NCBI GenBank assembly: GCA_963767735.1
Contig: CAVYES010000009.1
Span: 1 to 64,000, forward strand
DNA: 64,000 nt
From: Candidatus Bathyarchaeota archaeon
GTDB lineage: Archaea > Thermoproteota > Bathyarchaeia > Bathyarchaeales > Bathycorpusculaceae
Direction: 5' to 3'
A program made the position numbers and the translations under genes. The notes under the pieces are model-generated. The model did no database searches. It was given only the letters and a program-made list of their open reading frames with translations, and had not been told where the DNA came from. How positions within the stretch are numbered: position 1 is the stretch's first letter; each line of letters opens with the position of its first letter. Shown piece by piece: positions 20,871-28,335 of the stretch.

Positions 20871-22277
20871 GTGGTGAAGAATATGGGTGCAGCTGCAAGA
20901 ACTAAAGAAAATGGTCAGGAGACCCTCTCTGGCAAGGCAAAGTTAATTTTTGTTGGTTTAGTTCTAGCCATAATTGGCTCTGTAATATCTGGTTCTTATG
21001 CGAAAGCAACATTAACGAATTATACCGGTTTTGGCATGCTGCTTACTGGAATCGCCGTTTTCGTTTTTGGCACGTGTGCAACGGCTACGGCAACGGTAGA
21101 AACTCGCTTTAGCCAAGCCAAGCCCGCAAACATCAGGGCCAACAAGCCAAAGGCGCTGTGCCTAAGCATATGGGCAATCGGCATCGGTGTGGCTCTGGGC
21201 ATTATTGGCTCTATACTAGGCGGTACTTACGCAAAAAATACTATCATAAACGAGTCAGGTTTCGGGATGCTACTGGCGGGAATATGCTTTTTTGTCTTAG
21301 GAGTATTTGGGTCATTGCTGGGGATGCTGCAGACCAACTTAAGTAAGAGCAGAAAACAAGCTGGAATCCGCGTTGATAAACCGAGGTTTCTAACTTACAG
21401 CATGTTGTCGGTCGGCATCGGAATAGTTTTTACCGTTATCGGATCAATCGTGGCTGGCTGTTACGCAAAACAAACAGTAATGAATTATGCGGGCTTTGGA
21501 ATGCTGCTGATCGGGGTAGCCATCTTAAGCATAGGCATGTCAGGAACTGTTGTAACAATCCTAAAAAGTAACTGGAGCCTAAACGGAAAAAGACGTGACA
21601 CCGAACCGAGAATCATATTGGGAAGCGTATGGGCAATCGGAATAGGCTCAATGCTCATCATTACTGGTTCATTAATCGCCAGTTCCTACGCAAAAAACAC
21701 GCTGATGAATTATTCAGGCTTCGGAATGTTACTAGCAGGCACAGGCGTTTTTGTTTATGGAATATTTGAAACTGTCCGATTTTCAACAATGGGCTATTTG
21801 AATGGCCAATGGACTGTTCACACCGAGCAAGAAGAAAAATTGTCTAATCGACTGAGAAATTCTTGGAGAAACATGGTAAAAACAAGCGCCGTCATTAACC
21901 TAGTAGGCATAATGGTTGCTACATGTTTGCTTTTCTTCAGCCTATGGCAACTCGACCTCATAGTAAGTGGACCAGTATGGTGGCAAGCTAGTCCCTATGG
22001 CACAGGATGGAGTTGGCCTGGACCAGGCGCGTACGCAAAAGATTACTTCCAATGCTTCATTTGGAAAACCACTATTGGACAGGCATACGACACACTGTTT
22101 ATGCTGGTCTTTATTTCCTTCATAGTTCTTTTTGCAAGCGCATTCTTCTGGCCACACGCAAGAATAAAAAATGATGACCTACGTTTGAACCGTCGGAATA
22201 ACTTGGGAAATTCTAAAACAAGGCCGCGAAGAAAACAATCTAAAAAACAACCTCCTGCCACACAAACCTCGCCGTAG
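20871..22277 (+). CDS. Membrane protein built of four ~75-aa two-TM repeats
   Basis: Motif GS.I.G.YAK.T..NY.GFGMLL.G repeated four times. Confidence 0.75.
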   Translation: MVKNMGAAARTKENGQETLSGKAKLIFVGLVLAIIGSVISGSYAKATLTNYTGFGMLLTGIAVFVFGTCATATATVETRFSQAKPANIRANKPKALCLSIWAIGIGVALGIIGSILGGTYAKNTIINESGFGMLLAGICFFVLGVFGSLLGMLQTNLSKSRKQAGIRVDKPRFLTYSMLSVGIGIVFTVIGSIVAGCYAKQTVMNYAGFGMLLIGVAILSIGMSGTVVTILKSNWSLNGKRRDTEPRIILGSVWAIGIGSMLIITGSLIASSYAKNTLMNYSGFGMLLAGTGVFVYGIFETVRFSTMGYLNGQWTVHTEQEEKLSNRLRNSWRNMVKTSAVINLVGIMVATCLLFFSLWQLDLIVSGPVWWQASPYGTGWSWPGPGAYAKDYFQCFIWKTTIGQAYDTLFMLVFISFIVLFASAFFWPHARIKNDDLRLNRRNNLGNSKTRPRRKQSKKQPPATQTSP

Positions 22278-22393
22278 TATCTCTGTTGATGCTTAGAAAA
22301 CGACCATAAAAAAACCAAACAAAAACAACATTTCCCCTTTTCTTTTTGACGTCTTAAAATCTTTTGAGAAAACAGGAGAGCTGAGAAGGCTTG

Positions 22394-22978
22394 TTAAATT
22401 TTCCGTCTTTTGCAGAATAATATTGCTGTTGCCGACGCAATGAGTAAGATTATGACAATAATGGCTGATGGAAACTCTGGGATTTTGGGCGTTGGTGATG
22501 GAGAGGACGATGAAGTAACGATTGGGGTTGGCGTTGGAGTGCTTCCTACACTGAAGGTTGCTTTGGCTGTTGCTAATGTTGCGCCGTTGCTGGCTTCTAC
22601 TGCCCCTACCGAAATCGTATAGGTTCCGTTCGGATCGGTTGAGCTGATTCGGAATTGTGTGCTGTATGTGTCTGCCGTTCCTGTGGCGACAATGGTACTG
22701 TATGCAAGTTTGCCGGCTGAATCATACACAAAGACAGTAACGAGATAGTTAGTACCAGCCACTCCAGTTGTTGTATCTGTCAATGTGCCGGTGATGGTCA
22801 CTTGTTCGCCCTGAACATAGGTTGCACTGTTCGGTTTAGCCGACAGAGACCAAATATCAGCGAAGGCGGGCGCAGCGGATACGATGATTGCTAAAGATAG
22901 AGCTAAAAGCAGAACTGTGCAGAACGCGGTTTTGAGTGTTCGTTGACGGTTAAAAGGCGCAGTCTGACTTGATGTCAT
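22394..22978 (-). CDS. Secreted Ig-like surface protein with PEF-CTERM-type sorting signal
   Basis: Signal peptide, Y..GE.V.I.G and GTYTI Ig-fold motifs, PT/PS linker, IPEFP + TM + basic tail (KRRKI). Confidence 0.8.
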   Translation of the reverse strand: MTSSQTAPFNRQRTLKTAFCTVLLLALSLAIIVSAAPAFADIWSLSAKPNSATYVQGEQVTITGTLTDTTTGVAGTNYLVTVFVYDSAGKLAYSTIVATGTADTYSTQFRISSTDPNGTYTISVGAVEASNGATLATAKATFSVGSTPTPTPIVTSSSSPSPTPKIPEFPSAIIVIILLIASATAILFCKRRKI

Positions 22979-23080
22979 TTGTAATCAGTATTCTGACGTG
23001 TCCTAATAGGTTTTACGTTTCCAAGGTGAAGACAAAAATTCAGCGCCAGAACAATCCCCGGTATTTCTCAACAGGGTACG

Positions 23081-23153
23081 TGACTATGGTGGGACTTGAA
23101 CCCTGGTACTCAGCTTGGGAAGCTGATGTCCTACCGAACTATACTACAACCGC
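23081..23153 (-). pseudogene. Disrupted/chimeric tRNA-Gly(CCC)
   Basis: GCGGTTG TA GTATAGTTCGGTAGGAC A TCAGC TTCCCAA GCTGA GTAC CAGGG TTCAAGT CCCAC CATAGTC A. The anticodon arm is perfect, but the outer T-stem and the acceptor 3' strand do not pair. Confidence 0.8.
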
Positions 23154-23209
23154 GCTTTGCTGTTTTGTTAGATTTGCGCTGATATATTGGTTTTGTAGTA
23201 TTTGTGATC

Positions 23210-24178
23210 TTACCTTAAAAGTCTCTCAGCATCAACCGTATAGCCGCAGTTGGTGAGTTCACGTATGAGGGCAAGCTTCCAACTGTCGCGGTCGTCTAGG
23301 GCTGTGAATTTAACGCCTTCAAAATCTATTGGAAAGGCGAAGTTTGGGCTTTCCCTATAGAAGGCAAGCACCTTATCCTTCCCAAGTTTACCTAATAGGA
23401 AGCCAAACATCAAAGTCACGTCTTGCTTTGGGATGCGTTCGCGTTTTGTAGCTTCTTCACCCTTCGGATAAACGTAAACGTCAGGCGAAAGCAACACCAA
23501 AGCAAAGCCCACATCGGTGTAGTCTGCGAAGCGGTCGACGATTTTTTTGCCCTGGCCGGGTTCTTCACTCATGACTATGGCGGCGAGGCCGAGTTTTCTC
23601 AAAGCTCCAGTGATGGTTTGCTTCATTATTTCATCTGTTCCAGAAACAACGATTATTCGCCGTGGTATGCCACTTGGAGTTAAAACTACCGGTTGAGCTT
23701 GTGGGGCTTGCGCCGATTTTTTTTGGGTCACAGCCACAAATTCCTCGGTGCATAGGTAAACGCCTTTGACTTTGCCTTTGAGGACGTTGTCGATGAGGTA
23801 TTTTTTGTCTTTAGCTGCTATGAGGCTTTCATGGTTGGGTAAATGCAGTTGGTCAGCTGTTTGGTAGGACCAAAAGATAACGATTTTGGCGACTTTGATT
23901 GGGTTGAGGAGACGTCCCATAAACCAGAAGGGTTCGCCGTTGGCAAATGGTTCTTGGATTTTCCCTATTAGTTCTGCGTGGGAAACGTTGAAGCGAAAGC
24001 CAGACTTGTCAGGCTCACTATACTCGATGTAGATGTGATATTTGGGCGTCTGCACTGTGATCAAGCGTAGTGTGCGTGGTTTAGGCACTAAAACGTTGCC
24101 CTGTGCCTTCTGCTTGTGGCAGTCTCCACAACCAGCCAACAACCCAAGACAAACGCCAAAGCCAAAACATACGTGCAC
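23210..24178 (-). CDS. Protein with C-terminal CAP12/PycTIR-type TIR-like domain, catalytic Glu apparently absent; likely start GTG ~24055
   Basis: IIVVSGTD, LGL..IV..E.PGQG..I, FALVLLSPD, PKQDVTLMFGFLLGKLG (canonical RQNV..ELG), F.G motif, WKL.L..EL...GY. Confidence 0.78.
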   Translation of the reverse strand: MHVCFGFGVCLGLLAGCGDCHKQKAQGNVLVPKPRTLRLITVQTPKYHIYIEYSEPDKSGFRFNVSHAELIGKIQEPFANGEPFWFMGRLLNPIKVAKIVIFWSYQTADQLHLPNHESLIAAKDKKYLIDNVLKGKVKGVYLCTEEFVAVTQKKSAQAPQAQPVVLTPSGIPRRIIVVSGTDEIMKQTITGALRKLGLAAIVMSEEPGQGKKIVDRFADYTDVGFALVLLSPDVYVYPKGEEATKRERIPKQDVTLMFGFLLGKLGKDKVLAFYRESPNFAFPIDFEGVKFTALDDRDSWKLALIRELTNCGYTVDAERLLR

Positions 24179-24247
24179 TCAAACACCGTTGGTTGTTGTT
24201 ATGTATAAGGGGTTTTCGGCAACAACTTCCATAGTAAAAAGGACAAG

Positions 24248-24271
24248 TGGTGCCGGGGGTGGGACTTGAAC
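24248..24271. repeat. attR: 24-bp duplicate of the tRNA-Leu 3' end
   Basis: tggtgccgggggtgggacttgaac, identical to 60107-60130. Confidence 0.95.
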
Positions 24272-24410
24272 TCCCATTTCTTGGCGATATGCACTAGCGA
24301 AGTAAAAAGTGGCGATGTACAACTCAGCTATCTCTACGCAGCTACTTCCCCTTTTTTCTTTTTAGGGGCTTCCAGTTGTTCAGGTGCAAGTTTGGCAGGA
24401 AGTGAGAAAG

Positions 24411-24602
24411 TTGACAAAAAGATGCCCTATGTGTGGCGGATTCATTTCAGACGAGCGATTCACGGGTATCCCCAAACCAAAAATAAACTGTCCAGGATGC
24501 GGCAGCATAAAAATTTGGAAAGACGGTCTACGGAACAGAAGTCAGGGCAAGATTCAGCGTTATCTTTGTCGAGATTGCGGCCTTCGGTTTTCAGAACAGT
24601 AA
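24411..24602 (+). CDS. Small zinc-ribbon protein, paralogous to the integrase N-terminal zinc ribbon
   Basis: CPGCGSIKIWKDG...IQRYLCRDCGLRFSE versus integrase CPKCGSVKVWRDG...IQRWLCRDCGLRFSD; TTG start after a purine-rich SD-like sequence. Confidence 0.75.
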   Translation: MTKRCPMCGGFISDERFTGIPKPKINCPGCGSIKIWKDGLRNRSQGKIQRYLCRDCGLRFSEQ

Positions 24603-24663
24603 ACGATATTCTTAACAGCCAACTTTGCTTTTGGCTTCGCAGCAGCCGGATGGAGGTTTCTTA

Positions 24664-24810
24664 TTGAATCAGAAAGAAATAGAAGCTGCCGCTGTTATGA
24701 TGCGTATTTTCCTTGCGGGTTTAGCCTTTAATTTTGATGCTAATTTTCATGAGCTTGAGGAAGTTACGAAGCGAGCTTTGCTTGAAATTAAAACGGAGGC
24801 TTCTTCATGA
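24664..24810 (+). CDS. Small hypothetical protein
   Basis: GGAGGT SD before TTG; stop overlaps the next start (ATGA). Confidence 0.55.
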   Translation: MNQKEIEAAAVMMRIFLAGLAFNFDANFHELEEVTKRALLEIKTEASS

Positions 24811-24965
24811 AAGGTTTAAAGGTTAACTCGTGTATCGGCTGCCGCAACTATTGTTTACGGATTGATTTGCTTTGCCGCGTTGGCTTTGACTTTGACTTGC
24901 AGTGTTGGAGAAATCAGTTTGAAGCCAAAAACTTTGCTGCTTTCTGGCTAGGAGTGGCTGTTTAA
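24807..24965 (+). CDS. Small Cys-rich protein (52 aa, below the ORF-track cutoff)
   Basis: GGAGG SD, ATGA overlap; MKGLKVNSCIGCRNYCLRIDLLCRVG... Confidence 0.5.
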   Translation: MKGLKVNSCIGCRNYCLRIDLLCRVGFDFDLQCWRNQFEAKNFAAFWLGVAV

Positions 24966-24966
24966 C

Positions 24967-25263
24967 TTGGCTGAAGATTGCAGTTTGTCTAATTATCCCT
25001 TTGAAGCCGTGAGTAGATGGCAACCTCTTTGGAAGCATAAAGACTCGCAACTTGAGGCAAAAACAAAGGTGGTTGCGGGTGCTTCGGCGCCTGCGGGTAG
25101 CTGCGAATTTATTGGCAATATAGCTTTTGTGGGGTGTGCATCTAAATTACGACTGTGCCAGATTGATGGGTGTAGTTGCACTTTTGTTTGCTACTCTGAT
25201 TCCAAAGTTTGGAGCAAGTGCTGGACTCGATTAGAAAAGTTGAAGAATAAAGGGAAAACTTAG
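24967..25263 (+). CDS. Small Cys-rich hypothetical protein
   Basis: GGAGTG SD, TTG start 1 bp after the previous stop. Confidence 0.5.
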   Translation: MAEDCSLSNYPFEAVSRWQPLWKHKDSQLEAKTKVVAGASAPAGSCEFIGNIAFVGCASKLRLCQIDGCSCTFVCYSDSKVWSKCWTRLEKLKNKGKT

Positions 25264-25278
25264 CGGAGCCTGTGCATT

Positions 25279-26196
25279 TTGACTGGAACATCTGAAGACA
25301 AGTCATCAAAGGCAGGTAACACCTGTGATAACAGTTACTGTCCCAGCTCAGGTTTCAGCGTAGAAGAGCGAGTGTTAAAATTAATCGATGAGAGCGAAAT
25401 TGAGCTTGCACCATACGAGATAGCTAAGAAAGCCCATGCTAAAAGGTCCTCTGTCAGAGTTATTTTGCGGAAATTACTTGACCGAGGCCTGATCTTGCAG
25501 CCTTATCCTGGAGCATACTGCAACAAAATCACCTACGGGATGCGGTTCGTTCCGTTATGCGTGCACAATGTTAGTTTGCGGTTTTTTGCTGGCACGGTTG
25601 CTCATTGGGAGAAGGATGAGTTTGTGGGTGGGGTGAAGATTCATGTTTGTTTTGGGCAGGAGCGGCGCAAGATTAGCGGGTATATTGCCTGCGACATTGG
25701 CGGTATGAGTCATGATGCTTGCCTTCTTGCGCTGAATCGTTGGTTTGACATCGTTGAGGGCAAGTTGGGACGGTCGGTTGTGGATTTGGAGCTCCTTACG
25801 TTTGAGTGCAATAAGGACTACTATGGCGTGCGAATCGACGGGGTCCAATGTGTCACCAAAAAAGACCTTTACGGCATGGTTGAACGGGTCTACCAGAAAG
25901 AAGAAAACTTGGTTCGCAAGGAGTGGAAGGTTTCTCAGCCGATGAGTGTTAATGCTTTTGAAGCAGCCATAAAGAAGGGCATAGGCGAGCATGATCGCGT
26001 GCAGGCATCTTTTGAGTTGAAGGAAGAGGTTAAACGTGTCTCGGAAGCGGTAAAGTTTGCTAACAGCCGGTTGTATGAATTGGAGAAGCTGAATACTGCA
26101 ATGTTTACCGCTCTTACCAAACTGGTGGATTTCACAGCTAACAATCAAGAGGTACCTAAAGGTTCTGAGAAGGGAGGCTCAGGCTATGTCTCTTAG
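25279..26196 (+). CDS. wHTH-fused putative Rep_trans-like replication initiator/relaxase
   Basis: N-terminal wHTH (EIAKK...SSVRVILRKLLDRGLI); C-terminal FECNKD, ERVYQK and VRKE resemble Rep_trans D-x-A-x-D, R-I-Y-x-K and R-x-E motifs. Confidence 0.5.
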   Translation: MTGTSEDKSSKAGNTCDNSYCPSSGFSVEERVLKLIDESEIELAPYEIAKKAHAKRSSVRVILRKLLDRGLILQPYPGAYCNKITYGMRFVPLCVHNVSLRFFAGTVAHWEKDEFVGGVKIHVCFGQERRKISGYIACDIGGMSHDACLLALNRWFDIVEGKLGRSVVDLELLTFECNKDYYGVRIDGVQCVTKKDLYGMVERVYQKEENLVRKEWKVSQPMSVNAFEAAIKKGIGEHDRVQASFELKEEVKRVSEAVKFANSRLYELEKLNTAMFTALTKLVDFTANNQEVPKGSEKGGSGYVS

Positions 26197-26676
26197 GCGG
26201 GACGTGTTAAATCGTGAGCCTAATTATGCGCGTGGTATGCATGTTAATGTCGGTTAAAACCTGTTCAAAGCAATTTTACCACGATGGTTAGGGCATGGGA
26301 AAAGTCCATGCTTTTCAGAAGTCTCTTTTCTTCGTTTGGTTAGTCCTGATTAATCACTGTTAGTTTTGCCATGTGTTGATGAAGCAGAATTCTTGGAGTG
26401 AGCACTTTGACATGGAAGAAAGCGAAAAACCCTGTTCAAAACCAGAAAAAGAAGCTCAGTTACAGCGATAAGACAGGCCGTTTGCAGTGTAACCAGCAGC
26501 TATTCAGACAAACTCTCAGAAGTTGAAGGATTCAAGCCTCATGCTCCACACAAAAGATAAACACAGTGATTAGTTGAGCTTCTAGCAAATTTTAGAAGAA
26601 TACGCCTCTTGCTTGTTAAGAAAAATCATTTTTCGACAAATCTTTATTCTAATTGCGCTATTATTAGTAACTAACG

Positions 26677-28335
26677 ATGGCGCTTTCCATGGAACCGATG
26701 TGGACACGTGAGGTTAAACTATATCATAGACGGTTAGATCCTTTGGGGCTTTCGAGAGTTTCCCAATGGTCAACAGACCAGCTTCTTCCCGGTATAACAT
26801 CAGTTACTGATGTTGCACGGAACTATTCTTTCTATTGCTGGGCTATTGGTAATTTGCTAAAAGAGAATAAGGTTACTCAGAGAAGTCAGTTTGCGTCTCA
26901 CATAACCAAACGAGAAGCGGCCTATGTTATTGCCTCAATCTTTCACGAAGAAGACAAACCTTCAAAAATGAGTCCACATGGCTACGACATAGCAATAGAT
27001 TTTATGAGAAAGGCAAAGGAAAACAAGTACCAAGTCGCCTTCGACGTTTCAGACAGCAACTCAGAAGGATTTTACGGACTTTATTATGGAACACCAATGA
27101 CCAGACTTGGCCTAACAATAAGGTCAAGACTATTTGATGATTTAACTCCACTAGGGCGCAGGCTTGCAAGTTTCTATGAAGAAAACGTCAAAACAACAGA
27201 TTATTTTAAAAATCATACTCAAGATGAGGACTTAAAAAAACAGGTATTAGTTGAATATGGAAATAGCGCATGCATTTGTCACTTGGTTAAGCCTTCAAGC
27301 GAACGGGACCTTCTCCGTGAAGTGATATTTAGCAAGAATTTTAGGTCGCCGCTGCTTGAAAAGTCAAGGAAGGAAACAATAGGTTCAGTTCTTTTCATGG
27401 TAAGGCAATGTAGTAAGTTAAGCATAGATTTTAGTGCTGAAATTTTCAGAGACGCTGTCTACTTTGGGCAGGTAACCGATGGAGAGACAGTTTTTGACTT
27501 GAACCTGAAGGGTTTTGAAGAAATAACTTCCCGCTGGCGTCTCTTTCAGTTGCATGAATACCTGACATATGCATTGGAATCGCTTCTTCATGCCTTGATT
27601 AGTCAATTAAAACGTAAAGAAGAAGGGCTTTCACTTGATGATTTCATAAAATTGATTGGAGATCCTACAGCCGCATTAGCATCAAAACTAATGGTTGATG
27701 AACCAGGCAATTTTGAGGCGTTAGTCGGCTCTGTCCTAAAAAAATTCGGTTTGGAAGAGTTAAGTCAAGAAACAAGCCTCGAATTTGCTAAGCGCTGTAA
27801 TCTACGCTCAACTTTCTCTGAAAAATCAGCCTTCATAGCTCTCAAACAGGCTAACAAAAGCAGTAATCTTCAGGAGATTATCGAAAATTCGATGGCTATT
27901 CTAACGCTAAACTACATTCGTTCTTTTTATTTGCTCAGCAGCGTTGACCCAGTTACGTTATGGTTCAATAACAGAGCGATCGTGGATTGGAGCCCGGTAT
28001 TTTTTGCTCAAGAGATTAAAAGCAAAGCTTCCAAATGGTCTATTGATAGTTTACTCAGATACTGCTTCAGAAGCATTGTAGAGAGGCATGACTTGATTGC
28101 TTACGAAAAGTTGCTAGCTGGCAATGATACTTTTCGTTTTGAGGAGAAAGCTGTACGTTTGAAGTTTAAAATGGATATTTACCCAAATTACCCAACTCAA
28201 AGAAGTTCAAGGATTGACTCAGTGATTTCAATACTTGAACAACTGGGTTTGATCGAAACGGAAACGGGGGTTAAGAGACTTACGGCTGACGGAGAAAGAT
28301 TTTTGGGAGAATGCATGAATGAAGGAAGCAATTGA
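26677..28335 (+). CDS. Uncharacterised 'DPLG...LLPGITSVT..ARNY' protein (DUF6361-like N-terminus), first gene of the Argonaute cluster
   Basis: N-terminal motif, YGLYYG.PM..LGL..LTPLG internal wHTH-like segment, C-terminal wHTH-like LEQLGLI...RLTADG; overlaps the next gene by 17 bp. Confidence 0.75.
   Translation: MALSMEPMWTREVKLYHRRLDPLGLSRVSQWSTDQLLPGITSVTDVARNYSFYCWAIGNLLKENKVTQRSQFASHITKREAAYVIASIFHEEDKPSKMSPHGYDIAIDFMRKAKENKYQVAFDVSDSNSEGFYGLYYGTPMTRLGLTIRSRLFDDLTPLGRRLASFYEENVKTTDYFKNHTQDEDLKKQVLVEYGNSACICHLVKPSSERDLLREVIFSKNFRSPLLEKSRKETIGSVLFMVRQCSKLSIDFSAEIFRDAVYFGQVTDGETVFDLNLKGFEEITSRWRLFQLHEYLTYALESLLHALISQLKRKEEGLSLDDFIKLIGDPTAALASKLMVDEPGNFEALVGSVLKKFGLEELSQETSLEFAKRCNLRSTFSEKSAFIALKQANKSSNLQEIIENSMAILTLNYIRSFYLLSSVDPVTLWFNNRAIVDWSPVFFAQEIKSKASKWSIDSLLRYCFRSIVERHDLIAYEKLLAGNDTFRFEEKAVRLKFKMDIYPNYPTQRSSRIDSVISILEQLGLIETETGVKRLTADGERFLGECMNEGSN

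Noticed and set aside
16000-23040. Partner att site (displaced tRNA-Gly 3' end) for the older element
   Set aside because: No convincing match to tgcggttgcaggg found by eye. A weak gtggcga..caact similarity (19181 versus 24309) is too short to call.
23081-23153. Functional tRNA-Gly or split-tRNA half
   Set aside because: The acceptor stem pairs at only ~3 of 7 positions, and the break coincides with the att core rather than a BHB or leader sequence.
24411-24602. IS1-family insertion sequence
   Set aside because: Only an InsA-like zinc ribbon is present; no DDE domain or terminal inverted repeats seen.
25555-26148. 197-aa minus-strand ORF
   Set aside because: Antisense shadow of the wHTH/Rep-like gene, with no motifs. 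The same applies to the many short antisense ORFs in the track.
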